Below, piece after piece: positions 20,871 through 31,494 of a DNA stretch of 64,000 bases. The notes under the pieces are model-generated. The model had not been told where the DNA came from. It made no database searches and worked only from the letters and a program-made list of their open reading frames with translations. The translations under genes and the position numbers were made by a program. Source of the DNA: an uncultured Gemmatimonadales bacterium (GTDB taxonomy: Bacteria; Gemmatimonadota; Gemmatimonadetes; Gemmatimonadales; GWC2-71-9); assembly GCA_963804125.1 (NCBI GenBank), contig CAWDPF010000011.1, forward strand, positions 1 through 64,000, written 5' to 3'. The first letter of the stretch is position 1. Every line of letters begins with the position of its first letter.

Positions 20871-23850
20871 GTGATCGCATTGGTGTTGCTCGCCCTGCAG
20901 CAGGCCGCCGCCGCGCCCGTGAATTCCTCCTGGCAGCAGGAGGTCGCCTACGAGATCAGCGCGCGGCTCGACGAGCCCACCGGCGTGCTGAGCGGCGGCG
21001 AGCGGATCCGCTACCGGAACGCGTCGCCCGACACGCTGACGACGTTCTCGCTTCATCTCTACCTCAACGCGTTCCGTCCGGGCTCCCGCTGGGCCGACGT
21101 CGACTCGGTCGAGGGCCGCCGGCGCTTCAACGACCTGCGCGACCCCGACTTCGCGTTCAATCACGTGCGCGACGTGCGGATCATGGGCCAGGCGGTCGAG
21201 GCGGTCTATCCGCTGGCGCCCGACAGCACCATCGTCCGCTTCGCGCTGCCGCGCCCGCTCCTGCCGGGCGACTCGATGACGGTCGAGATGGGCTGGGACG
21301 CGCGGCCCTCCACGGTGCCGCGCCGGCAGGGCCGCCAGGGGCGGCGCTTCGACTTCGCCCAGTGGTATCCCAAGGTGGTGGTCTACGACCGGCTCGGCTG
21401 GGAGGAGCACGCGCTCATGCCCGCGGGCGAGTTCTACGGCGAGTTCGGCACGCTTCACCGTGGACCTCGACCTCCCCGAGGACCAGGTCATGGGCGCCAC
21501 CGGCGTGCCGGTCTGCGGCGACCCGGGCTGGGAGCGCGCCAACCGCGCGCCCGGCCGCGCGGTCGAGTACCAGCGCGACTACTACGGCGCCTCGACGCCC
21601 TCGGCCGACGCCTGCGCCGGCGCCGAGCCCGGCCGCAAGCGGCTCCGGTGGTACGCGGAGCGGGTGCATCACTTCGCCATGTCGCTCAACCCGGCGTACC
21701 GGTACGAGGGCGGCCGGTTCGGCAACGTCGCGGTGCACGTCCTCTACCAGCCCGGCGACGACAGCACCTGGGGCGGCGGCGTGGCGGTCGAGCGCACCCA
21801 GACGGCGCTCGCCTGGCTGGACCAGCTCTACGGGCCGTTCGGCTGGCCGCAGCTCACCAACGTGCACCGGATCGAGGGCGGCGGCACCGAGTTCCCGATG
21901 ATGATCCACGACGGCTCGGCCGACCAGGGGCTCATCGTCCACGAGGCGGGCCACAACTACACCATGGGGCTCCTCGCCAACAACGAGTGGCGGGAAGGCT
22001 GGCTCGACGAGGGGTTCACCAGCTTCCAGACCAGCTGGTTCTGGGAGACGATGGGCCGGGAGAGCTACGGCGAGACCGAGGCGAGCGTGCTGGAGCTGGA
22101 CCTCGACGACTACTCCGAGCCGCCCAGCCTCGAGTCCCAGGCGTACCGCGACTTCACCTCGTACAACATCGCGATCTACACCCGGGGCGAGCTGTTCTTC
22201 CACCAGCTCCGCGCCATCGTGGGCGACGAGACGATGCACCGCATCCTCCGGACCTTCTACGAGCGGTGGAAGTACCGGCACGTCGACGAGGCCGCCTTCC
22301 GCGCGGTGGCCGAGGAGGTGTCGAAGCGGGACCTGTCGACCTTCTTCGCCCAGTGGCTGCACACGACCGAGCTGTACGACTATGCGGTCGGCCGGGTCCG
22401 GAGCCGCCGCGAGGGCGACGGATACCTGACCCGGGTCGAGGTGGTGCGGAAGGCGCCCGGCCGGTTCCCGCAGGATGTGGCCGTGCTCGCCCAGGGCGAC
22501 ACCGCGCTGGCGCGCACCGACGGGCTCGCCGAGCGCGAGTGGGTGGAGCTCCGGACGCGCACCCGGCCCAAACTCGTGGTGCTCGACCCGCTGGTCCGCT
22601 CGCACGACTGGAACATGCTCAACAACCGGCGCCGGCTCGGCTTCTCGCTGTCGCAACTGTTCGTGCCCTTGCCGGCGACCGACGTCTACCTCCACCGCTA
22701 CTTCAGCACCCGCGTCCGCCGCGACCGCCTGACGCTGGGGTTGCAGCCGGTGGCCTGGTACAACGACGGGGGCGGCCTGACGCTCGGCCTCCGGAGCCGC
22801 GGCGACTATCTGGGCCGGTTCGAGCAGAACGTCTCGATCGTGACCGCGAGCACCGGCGTGGGCGTGGACGATGACGCGCGGGACGTGGACTTCTGGTTCC
22901 GGCTCCGGAATCCGGTCTTCCTGCGCGCGCCGAACGTGTCGCAGACCCTGGACGTGTACAACGTCGAGGGCCGCTTCGGCGCCACCGCCGCCATCGAGCG
23001 CACACGGCGGGCGCATCTCAGCTTTGGACCCGCCTGGACCGAGGGGCTGGCGCTTCAGTGGGTCCAGCCCGACGACTTCCGCTACCTCGACCGCGGCTAT
23101 TACGACGACGTCGGTACGGTCGAGCTGCGGCTCTCGTCCGGGGTATCGACCCGCGCGGGGCGTTGGCAGCTCGAGCTCCGCAACACCGTCAGCGGCGGCC
23201 TCGCCTACCACCGGGACGGGCTCGCCGCGAGCGGCCGCGCCGATCTCGACCCGTTCTACGGGCGCGCAACGGTCGAAGGCACCGCCCGCCGCCCGCTCGG
23301 CGCGCGCTGGACGCTGGGCGGGCGGCTCTACGCGGGCCTCGCCGGCGGCGACGAGCTGCCGGCCAAGCAGCGTCAGATCTACCTGCAGGGCGCGGACCCG
23401 CTCGAGCGGCTCGCCAATCCGTTCCTCCGCTCGCGCGGCTCGCTGCTCGAGGGCGACGACATGCGCTATCAGCTCCCGGGCGGCGGCGGCGTGCGCGGCA
23501 TCGATCCGCGGGTGTCGACCAGGGCGCTCGTGGCGCTCAACGTCGAGCTCGAGCGCACGATGGTGTCCCGGCCCAAGGCGCGGCTGTTCTCGCGCGTGGC
23601 GCTGGCGGCGTTCACCGACCTGGCCCGCGGCTTCCAGGATGAGGCGGACGCGCCTTCCAGCGGCCGCATTCGCTTCCTGGGCGACGCGGGCATCGGGCTT
23701 CGCGCCGAGCATCGCATCGGGGACACGCGGTTCGTCACCCGGTTCGACCTGCCGCTGTGGGTGAGCCGGCCGGAGCTGGCGCAGGACCGGTCGGCGGGGG
23801 ACGACGAGGTGGCGTTCCGGTGGGTGTTCAGCTTCGAGCCGGGGATGTAG
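20871..23850 (+). CDS. M1-family (aminopeptidase N-like) zinc metallopeptidase with long C-terminal beta-rich extension, 1 frame disruption (~21455)
   Basis: Signal peptide. N-terminal beta-domain (ORF 20871..). LIVHEAGHNYTMGLLANNEWREGWLDEGFTSFQTSWF gives HExxH-x18-E (ORF 21460..23850). C-terminal ~400 aa show alternating hydrophobic pattern ending ...DEVAFRWVFSFEPGM*. Confidence 0.75.
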
Positions 23851-23852
23851 CG

Positions 23853-24040
23853 AGACGGAAGGACGGAAGGACGGAAGGACGGAAAGACGGAAGGACGGGA
23901 ACTACGGCGCGAGTCACCCTGAGCGCAGCGAAGGGTCGCGCGACGCATCACGGACCTGCGCCTCGCTCCGCTTCGCTCCGCTCGTCTTTCCGTCTTTCCG
24001 TCCTTCCGTCTTTCCGTCCTTCCGTCTCCCCCGTCCCGCG
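23853..24040. repeat. composite repeat: (GACGGAAGG)n arm + degenerate REP-1 half (GAGTCACCCTGAGCGCAGCGAAGGG) + inverted (CCTTCCGTC)n arm
   Basis: Read directly: cgagacggaaggacggaaggacggaaggacggaaagacggaaggacggg...gagtcaccctgagcgcagcgaagggtcgcg...cgtctttccgtctttccgtccttccgtctttccgtccttccgtctccc. Confidence 0.8.
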
Positions 24041-24122
24041 TAATCCCGCCATTCATCGCCGACCCTGCCGAGCCTATATTTCCCGCCGCACGCTCCACCG
24101 CACCGCGTCTCGGAGGATTCGA

Positions 24123-24473
24123 GTGCCCGATGTGCCGTACCGTGTCGACAAACCGTGGGGCTACGAGCTCGTCTGGGCGCGCACGGATCGCTACGTGGGC
24201 AAGATCCTCCACGTGAAGGCGGGTCACGTCCTGAGCCTGCAGTACCACAACCTGAAGGACGAGACGATGCACGTGCTCCGGGGCGAGCTCATTCTCCGCA
24301 CCCGCCCCGGCGCCGAGCTGGTCGCGCGCGCCTTCAAGGCCGGCGAGACGGTGCACATTCCGGCCCGGCTCGTCCACCAGATCGAGGCCGTCGTGGACAG
24401 CGACGTGCTCGAGGCATCCACGCCGGAGCTCGACGACCTGGTCCGGCTCCAGGACCGCTACGGCAGAGGCTGA
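24123..24473 (+). CDS. cupin-domain protein (mannose-6-phosphate isomerase type II C-terminal-like)
   Basis: VPDVPYRVDKPWGYELVWARTDRYVGKILHVKAGHVLSLQYHNLKDETMHVLRGELILRT...GETVHIPARLVHQIEAV. GTG start. Confidence 0.7.
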   Translation: MPDVPYRVDKPWGYELVWARTDRYVGKILHVKAGHVLSLQYHNLKDETMHVLRGELILRTRPGAELVARAFKAGETVHIPARLVHQIEAVVDSDVLEASTPELDDLVRLQDRYGRG

Positions 24474-24474
24474 C

Positions 24475-25461
24475 ATGCAAGTGATCATCCCGCTCGCCGG
24501 GAAGGGCACCCGTCTCCGGCCGCACACCCACCTCGTCCCCAAGCCGCTGCTCAAGGTGGCGGGGCGGCCGGTCATGGACTGGGTGATGGACCGCCTCGAC
24601 GGGCTGGACGTGAGCGAGCTGATCTTCATCACCGGCCACCTCAAGGAGCAGGTCGAGGCGTACGCGCGGGCGCGCTACACGATTCCCTCGCGCTTCATCG
24701 AGCAGAAGGTGCAGGACGGCACCGCCGGCGCCGTCAACCTCGCGCGGCCGTTCGTGCGCGAGCCGGTGCTCATCATCTTCGTCGACACGGTCTTCGAGGC
24801 CGATCTCACGCTGATCAACCGGACCGACGCGGACGGGATCATCTGGGCCAAGGAGGTCGAGGACTACCAGCGCTTCGGCGTGGTCGTCACCGACCCGCAG
24901 GGCTACATGACCCGGATCGTCGAGAAGCCGTCGACGCCCATCTCGAAGCTCGCCAACATCGGGCTCTACTACATCCGCGCGGTGGACAGCCTCTGGCAGG
25001 GCATCGACGAGGTGCTGGCGCGTCCCAAGAACAAGGGTGAATATTTCCTCACCGACGCCTTCCAATGGATGATCGAGCACGGCAAGCGTATCCTCACCGC
25101 CGAGGTCGGCGGCTGGTACGATTGCGGCAAGCTGGACTCGCTGCTCGAGACCAACGACATTCTGCTCCGCAAGGGCGCGGCGCGCCGCCGGGATTTCCCG
25201 GGTGTCACGATCCACGATCCCGTCTACATTGAGGATGGCGTCACGATCGAGCGCAGCGTGATCGGTCCCAACGTCTCCCTGGAGCAGGGCACGAAGGTGG
25301 CCGACAGCCGCCTCGCCAACACCATCGTGGGCCGCGATGCCACGCTCACGCGCGTCCAGCTCGACGGGGCGATGCTGGGGAATGGCGTCATCGCCGAGGG
25401 GCTGACGGGCAGCGCCTCGCTCGGCGATCACTCGGAGGTGGCCGCGAAGCCACCCGCGTGA
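24475..25461 (+). CDS. sugar-phosphate nucleotidyltransferase (NTP_transferase + C-terminal left-handed beta-helix)
   Basis: MQVIIPLAGKGTRLRPHTHLVPKPLLKVAGRPVMDWVMDRL (GxGTRL motif)...FGVVV...KPS...ANIGLYYI. C-terminal hexapeptide-like repeats. Clean. Confidence 0.8.
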   Translation: MQVIIPLAGKGTRLRPHTHLVPKPLLKVAGRPVMDWVMDRLDGLDVSELIFITGHLKEQVEAYARARYTIPSRFIEQKVQDGTAGAVNLARPFVREPVLIIFVDTVFEADLTLINRTDADGIIWAKEVEDYQRFGVVVTDPQGYMTRIVEKPSTPISKLANIGLYYIRAVDSLWQGIDEVLARPKNKGEYFLTDAFQWMIEHGKRILTAEVGGWYDCGKLDSLLETNDILLRKGAARRRDFPGVTIHDPVYIEDGVTIERSVIGPNVSLEQGTKVADSRLANTIVGRDATLTRVQLDGAMLGNGVIAEGLTGSASLGDHSEVAAKPPA

Positions 25462-25514
25462 CGCCGAGCCCAGGTCCGAGCCCGAGCCCCCCACTCCCTA
25501 TCCCGGGACGCCGG

Positions 25515-27131
25515 ATGCCGTCTGTCGACGAGCTCTGCCAGTCCTACCTGGACCTCAAGTACCACTTCGACCCGGCCGCCGCGAGCCAGGCCGGGCTGGT
25601 GACGCACGACGGCCGGCTGGGCCGCTTCGATGTGGCCACCGTCCGGGCGCACGTCGCGGCGCTCCGGTCGGTGGCGGGCGCGGTCGAGGAGCTCGACGTC
25701 GAGGACCTGCAGCAGGAGGTCGACCGCACCGCGCTGCTGGGCGAGCTCCGGAGCACGATCTTCCGGCTGGAGCACGAGCGGCCGCACGAGCGGAACCCGA
25801 TCTTCTGGGTCAACCATCTCTTCCAGGGGCTGTACGCGGTGCTGGCGCGGAACGCCACCGACGCCGGCGCGCGGGCGCCCTCGGCGCTCGAGCGGCTCCG
25901 CGCCGTCCCGGACTTCCTCGACGCCGCGCGCGAGACGCTGGACGAGCCGCCGTCCGTGTTCGTCGAGTCCGCGCTCGCGATGCTGGGTGGCGGCGGCCAG
26001 CTCATCGTGCAGCTGGCCGTGGCGATGAGCGCCGAGACGCCGGGGCTCGCCGACGAGCTGCGGACCGCCGGCGGCCTGGCGCTCGAGAGCCTCAAGCGCT
26101 TCGGCACCGCGCTCCGCGACGAGATCGAGCCGGCCGCCGATCCCCACGCCTTCGCGATCGGCGAGGAGCAGTTCGCCCGCCGGCTGCACTTCGAGCACGC
26201 CGTCGTATCGGGCGCGCCCGAGCTCTGGCGCTACGGCCTCCACCTGCAGGAGGAGACCACGGCCCAGCTCACGGCGCTCGCCGCGGGGCTCGGCTCCCGT
26301 CCCTGGCGCGAGCTGGTCGACGAGCTCCGGAACGACGCCCCCGACACCGGCGAGCTGCTCGACGTCTACCGGGCGGAGCTCGACCGCGCGCGCGACTTCG
26401 TGGCGGAGCGTGACCTCGTGGCGATTCCCGACACGCCGCTCGACGTGGTCGCGACGCCCCCGTTCCTCGCGTCGCTGGTGCCGTTCGCGGCGTACGAGCC
26501 CCCGGCCATCTATCTCGGCGCGCAGCGCGGCCGGTTCTACGTCACCGTGCCCGATCCGTCGCTGCCGGCCGAGGCGGCGGCGCAGCAGCGCCGGGGACAC
26601 GGCCGCCACGGCATTCCGGCGATGGTGGCGCACGAGGCGTATCCCGGCCACCACCTCCAGCTCGTGACCATGCAGGAGCTTCCGTCCGAGGTCCGGCGCC
26701 ATCTCTGGACGCCGATCATGGTCGAGGGATGGGCGCTCTACTGCGAGCAGCTCCTGGACGAGGCGGGCTACTACCGGACGCCCGAGCAGCGGCTCTTCCA
26801 GCTGGTGAACCTGCTCTGGCGCGCCATCCGGGTCGTGCTCGACATCGGCCTGCACACGCGGGGGATGACGCCGGCCGAGGCGGTGGACTACATGGTGGAG
26901 CATCTCCCGATCGAGCGGCGGAGCGCGGAAGCGGAGGTGCGCCGCTACTGCGCGTGGCCCACCTACCAGCTCTGCTACGCCGTGGGTCGCCGCGAGCTGC
27001 TGCAGCTGCGCGAGGACTGGCAGGAGGCCACCGGCCCGGACTTCGACCCGCGCCGGTTTCACGATACGCTGCTGAGCTACGGTGGCCTGCCCGTCTCGCT
27101 GGCCCGTTGGGGGATGGACATGGCCGGATAA
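25515..27131 (+). CDS. DUF885-family protein (putative metallopeptidase fold)
   Basis: MVAHEAYPGHHLQLVTMQELPSEVRRHLWTPIMVEGWALYCEQLLDEAGYY is the signature DUF885 motif. Clean ~538-aa frame. Confidence 0.8.
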   Translation: MPSVDELCQSYLDLKYHFDPAAASQAGLVTHDGRLGRFDVATVRAHVAALRSVAGAVEELDVEDLQQEVDRTALLGELRSTIFRLEHERPHERNPIFWVNHLFQGLYAVLARNATDAGARAPSALERLRAVPDFLDAARETLDEPPSVFVESALAMLGGGGQLIVQLAVAMSAETPGLADELRTAGGLALESLKRFGTALRDEIEPAADPHAFAIGEEQFARRLHFEHAVVSGAPELWRYGLHLQEETTAQLTALAAGLGSRPWRELVDELRNDAPDTGELLDVYRAELDRARDFVAERDLVAIPDTPLDVVATPPFLASLVPFAAYEPPAIYLGAQRGRFYVTVPDPSLPAEAAAQQRRGHGRHGIPAMVAHEAYPGHHLQLVTMQELPSEVRRHLWTPIMVEGWALYCEQLLDEAGYYRTPEQRLFQLVNLLWRAIRVVLDIGLHTRGMTPAEAVDYMVEHLPIERRSAEAEVRRYCAWPTYQLCYAVGRRELLQLREDWQEATGPDFDPRRFHDTLLSYGGLPVSLARWGMDMAG

Positions 27132-27147
27132 GCGCGAAGGAGCGCTC

Positions 27148-28137
27148 GTGAAGATCACCGTCCTGACGTATCTGGACAGCGAGAACGAGAACTCGAAGGA
27201 GTACGATCAGGTCGTCCCCCAGGTGGCCCGCACCCTCCGCCGCCTGGGTCACCGGGTCTCCGTGCTCGGCGTCCACGGCGACGTCAAGCGACTCATCGCG
27301 GGCCTCTCCCGGCGGAAGCCCGAGCTGGTCTTCAACCTGATGGAGATGTTCGGCGACAACGTCTTCGGCGACATCCCGGTCACCGGGCTGCTGGAGCTGC
27401 TCGGCGTCCGCTACACCGGCAGCGGCCCCGGCGAGCTCTACCTGAGCCAGGACAAGGGGCTCACCAAGAAGCTGCTCGCCTTCGAGGACATCCTGTATCC
27501 GCGCTACGCCGTGTTCTCCCGCCAGGCCGCGTTCGAGACCGGCGGCAACCTCCGCATGCCGCTCTTCGTGAAGCCGCTCCGCTCCGACGCCTCGCTCGGC
27601 ATCGGCGGCAAGTCGCTGGTGCACGACGCCGTGGCGCTGATGGAGCGGGTGGCCGCCATCCACAAGGAGCTCGAGGACTCGGCGCTGGCCGAGGAGTACA
27701 TCGACGGGCGGGAGTTCTACGTCGGCGTGCTCGGCAACTCGCAGCCCAAGGCGCTGCCGCCGGTCGAGGTGGACTTCACCGGCTTTCCCGAGGGCGTGCC
27801 CAAGGTGATGGACAGCAAGGCCAAGTGGGACGAGCGCAGCAAGGAGTACAAGGGGACCAAGTCCGTGATCGCCAACCTGCCCGACGAGCTCCGGGCCCGG
27901 CTGCAGAAGGTGGCGGTCGACGCCTACCGTGCGCTCCGGGTGAAGGACTACGGCCGCGTCGACCTCCGGCTCACCGAGACGGGCGAGATCTACGTGCTCG
28001 AGGTGAACGCGAGCTGCTATCTGGAGAAGTCGAGCGAGTTCGCCATGGCGGCCGCCGCGAGCGGGCTCGACTACCCGCGGCTGATCGAGCGGATCGTGAA
28101 CCTGGCGACGGAGCGGATGGAGAAGAGGAAGCGGTGA
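27148..28137 (+). CDS. ATP-grasp protein of the D-alanine--D-alanine ligase family
   Basis: VKITVLTYLDS...ELVFNLMEMFGDNVFGDIPVTGLLELLGVRYTGSG...KGLTKKLLAFEDILYPRY...MPLFVKPLRSDASLGIGGKS...EEYIDGREFYVGVLGN...GRVDLRLTETGEIYVLEVNASCYL. GTG start with GAAGGA RBS. Confidence 0.75.
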   Translation: MKITVLTYLDSENENSKEYDQVVPQVARTLRRLGHRVSVLGVHGDVKRLIAGLSRRKPELVFNLMEMFGDNVFGDIPVTGLLELLGVRYTGSGPGELYLSQDKGLTKKLLAFEDILYPRYAVFSRQAAFETGGNLRMPLFVKPLRSDASLGIGGKSLVHDAVALMERVAAIHKELEDSALAEEYIDGREFYVGVLGNSQPKALPPVEVDFTGFPEGVPKVMDSKAKWDERSKEYKGTKSVIANLPDELRARLQKVAVDAYRALRVKDYGRVDLRLTETGEIYVLEVNASCYLEKSSEFAMAAAASGLDYPRLIERIVNLATERMEKRKR

Positions 28138-28155
28138 ACATGGCCGATCTGAGGC

Positions 28156-29200
28156 TCAGGGCAGGTACGAGCCCCGCTGGACGTAGTTCATCGCGAGCCC
28201 GGTCACCAGCGTCGTGAGCCCCACGATCGCGGTCGTCTCCCGGGTGGTCTCGTATCCCTGCTGCAGCTGCGCCGCCCGCTCGGCCAGGTACCGGAGCAGC
28301 ACCCGGGTCCGCTCGGGGAAGTGGCCGGTCCAGCGGAACACGTTCGCCATCAGCTCCGGCTCGAGCCGCCGGATCAGCGCCGCCGCGGGCGCCAGCGGCT
28401 CCTCGAGCGACATCCCCTCGTCGCCGCCCAGGTCCTCGAAGATCGCGCGCAGCGCCCCGTCCAGTCCCGGCGGCAGGTCCGACGGCCGACGCGGCGGCGT
28501 CGCGGTAGTACTGATCGAGCGAGTACTCGATCTGGCCCACGTCCTCGTCCAGATCGGCGTCGGTCACGACCGGATCGCGCTCCCGGATCGCGGCCATGGT
28601 CCGCTCGCAGTACGCCAGCTTGGCCGAGGCCACCGGCCACCCGCCGTACTCCTTCCGCCAGTCGAGTCCCGGCGTCATCCACACCGCGAAGGTCTCCGAC
28701 CAGTCCTCGTCCGGGTGCTTCTGGGCGTACCAGCCCGGCAGGTGCCGCACGTAGCGCCGGCTGAACGGCTCCGGCCGGTACTCCTCGGCGTAGGGCTGGG
28801 TGATCGAGCCGAACTGCTTGACCCATTCCTCGTCGTCGTACAGCCGGTAGGCGTAGTTCACGACGTGCCCCATCTCGTGCCGCAGGTAGCGCAGCACGTC
28901 GGCCCGGTCGAACCCTTCGACGTGCCCCACCCGTTCCGCGTGGAGTGCCGTGAGGTCCGGCCGGGCGAGGTAGAACGGGATGGCGACGGCGACGGTCTCG
29001 AACGGGACGCCCCACTCCGTGGAGAGGTAGAACCGGGGCCGCACCCGGGTCAGGCCGACGCCCTGGAGCTCGGCCTCGAACTCGGCGAGGATCGGCTCCA
29101 GGCGGGTGCCTTCGATGGTCAGACCCAGGTCACGGATGGGCGTCGACCAGAGGTTGGATTCGTGAAAACCGACGGGGTCGGCGGCCATGCGGGGTAACAT
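28156..29200 (-). CDS. putative zinc-binding metallopeptidase (HEMGH; PF15887-like), 1 frame disruption near 3' end
   Basis: MAADPVGFHESNLWSTPIRDLGLTIEG...LRYLRHEMGHVVNYAYRLYDDEEWVKQFG...WSETFAVWMTPGLDWRKEYGGWPVASAKLAYCERTM. C-terminus continues in ORF 28156..28413 (LMANVFRWTGHFPERTRVLLRYLAERAAQLQQGYETTRE). Confidence 0.6.
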
Positions 29201-29203
29201 ACC

Positions 29204-30428
29204 ATGCTACCTTCCGGCGATGCCGTGCCCCGCATTACCGCGCCTGACCGCCGCCGCGACGTGAGCCGCGTCCCGCCGGCGGTCAAGGGATTGTCGCTCG
29301 TCTCGCTGTTCAACGACTTCGCGAGCGAGATGGTCTATCCGCTCCTCCCCGCCTTCGTCACCGGCACGCTCGGCGGCGGCGCCGCGCTGCTCGGGCTGCT
29401 CGACGGCGCGGCGGACCTGACCTCCGCGGTGCTCAAGGTGGTGAGCGGCCGGCTCGCCGACCGGCCCCGCTGGCGCGCGCCGCTCATCCTGGTCGGCTAC
29501 GCCACGGCCGTGCTGGTGCGTCCGCTGATCGCGGTGGCGGGCGCGGCGTGGCAGGTGGTGGGCTTCCGGGTGGTCGACCGGATCGGGAAGGGCCTCCGGA
29601 CGCCGCCGCGCGACGCCCTCATCGCCGGGATCACGCCGCCCGCGCTCCGGGGACGGGCGTTCGGGTTCCATCGCGGGGCGGACCACTTCGGCGCGGTCCT
29701 GGGGTCGCTGGCGGCCTGGTACCTGCTCTCGCGCGGGATCGAGGTCCGGCGGGTGATCGAGTGGAGCGTCGTGCCGGGCCTGGTGGCCTTCGTCGTTCTG
29801 GCGGCGGTGCTCCGGGGAGCGCGCGCCGTGCCCGGCGCCGCGCCGCCCTCCGCGGCGACCACGGATGCGGGAGGGCGGGTCTTCTGGTTGCCCGGTGATC
29901 GCGCTGACGGCGCTCACCTTCTTCCGGGTGCCCGAGGCGCTGCTGCTGCTCCGGCTCCAGGACGCGGGCGTGGCGGTGGCCGTGGTTCCGCTGGTGTGGG
30001 CGGGCCTCCACGTGGTCCGGAGCGCGAGCTCCTATCCGGGCGGATGGCTGTCGGACCACCTCGGTCCGCGCGCCACGGTGGCGGCCGGCGGGCTGGTGTT
30101 CGCGGCCGTCGTCGCGACACTGGGCGCGACGCTCCGGCCGTCCGCGGCGGTGGTCACCTTCCTCGCGCTCGGCCTCGTGGCCGGACTGACGGAGTCGGCC
30201 GAGCGGGCGCTGGTGGCCCGCCTGGCGCCCGTCCGGACCGGGCGGGGGTTCGGCCTGTATCATGCGCTGACCGGCGCGGCCGCCCTGCCGGCGGGACTGC
30301 TGTTCGGTGCGATCTACCAGATGGCGAGCGGCCCCGCGGCCCTGCTCGCGAGCGCGGCGGGAATGGCGCTCGCGGTGGCCGCATGGCTCGTCGCCTCACC
30401 ACGAACCCCGGAGAGAGCTGCCGCATGA
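29204..30428 (+). CDS. MFS transporter, 1 frame disruption (~29880)
   Basis: SLVSLFNDFASEMVYPLLPAFVTGTLGGGAALLGLLDGAADLTSAVLKVVSGRLADR (MFS motif A region G-R-L-x-D-R). 12 predicted TMs over ORFs 29204.. and 29865..30428. Confidence 0.75.
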
Positions 30429-31344
30429 AGATCCGCTTCGGAATCGGACTTCGGAGTCCTGCTCACGCTCGCCGCCGGCCCCGCGCGGGCCCAGGTGCAG
30501 CTGCGGCTTGGCGTGCCGGGGCGGGCCAACTACTCCGAGCTCCACGAGGCGCTCCGCCCGGGCACCCCGTCCGCCGACACGGTCCTCCGGATCCAGCGGA
30601 TCCGGAGCCCCGGCGCCGCTCTGGCGGATGGTCATGGCGGCTGTCCGCGGCTCCGGCGACTGGCAGAGCGGCCTCATCGCCGTCACCCGGCTCGCCGAGC
30701 TCCGGAGCAAGGCGTACGCGGACAGCGCGCGCCGCCTGGAAACCCTGATCGAGACCGCCGAGGAGAACCCGTTCCCGGAGAATCCGGGGCTCAAGCCCGA
30801 GGACGTGGTGCCGTCGCTCCAGGCGGTCATCCTCGAGCGGCGCCGAGCGGTCGAGGGCGACTCGGCGGTGCTGGCCGATATCCTCGGCCGGCTCCAGTCG
30901 AAGCGGTACGAACACGGCGACGCCTGGGTCCTCGGCCGGCTCGGCGCCGGCGCGGCCGACTCGCTGACCGCGCGCTTCCTGTCGGCCGACAGCGCGGAGT
31001 TCAAGGTGCGGTACCTGACGCTGCTCTCCTACTTCACCGACCCGTCGCTGGTGCCGCTGCTCGCGCGGGTCTACGCGGCGCCGGACAGCTTCGGCCTGCC
31101 CAAGCGCTACGCGATTCGGGCCTCGGATGGCCTGCTCTGGATCGGGACGCGGGAGAGCCTGCAGGCGTTGCTGGACGCGCGTGCCGCGGCCCGCGCGCGG
31201 GGGGTGTATGACGACCCGAAGCTGCGGCACGCGGATCTCGATTTTCTGGGGAGCGACAGCTCGTCGGTGATCAGCCGGACGGGGAAATGGCTGACGGAGT
31301 GGGTGGCGGAGCTGGATACGGTGGGGAGACGGGCAGGGCGCTGA
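30426..31344 (+). CDS. hypothetical secreted protein (~300 aa), about 2 frame disruptions
   Basis: MKIRFGIGL.. then VLLTLAAGPARAQVQLRLGVP.. then LWRMVMAAVRGSGDWQSGLIAVTRLAELRSKAYADSARRLETLIE...LLARVYAAPDSFGLPKRYAIRASDGLLWIGT. Confidence 0.4.
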
Positions 31345-31350
31345 TCGATT

Positions 31351-31471
31351 CCCGTCATCCCGAGCGCAGCGAGGGACCTTCTCAACCGTTCCGGAACGTT
31401 GCCACCGTCCGGGTCAGTGACGAGGGTCCCTCGCTACGCTCGGGATGACGGGGCTACGCTCGGGATGACGG
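31351..31471. repeat. REP-2 palindromic element (CCCGTCATCCCGAGCGCAGCGAGGGACC ... GGTCCCTCGCTACGCTCGGGATGACGGGG, right arm duplicated)
   Basis: Inverted arms of ~28 nt around a ~40-nt loop, with the right arm repeated in tandem. Family recurs at 34708/35048 and 51639. Confidence 0.8.
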
Positions 31472-31494
31472 GGCGGTGAATGGAGACGGCCCCG

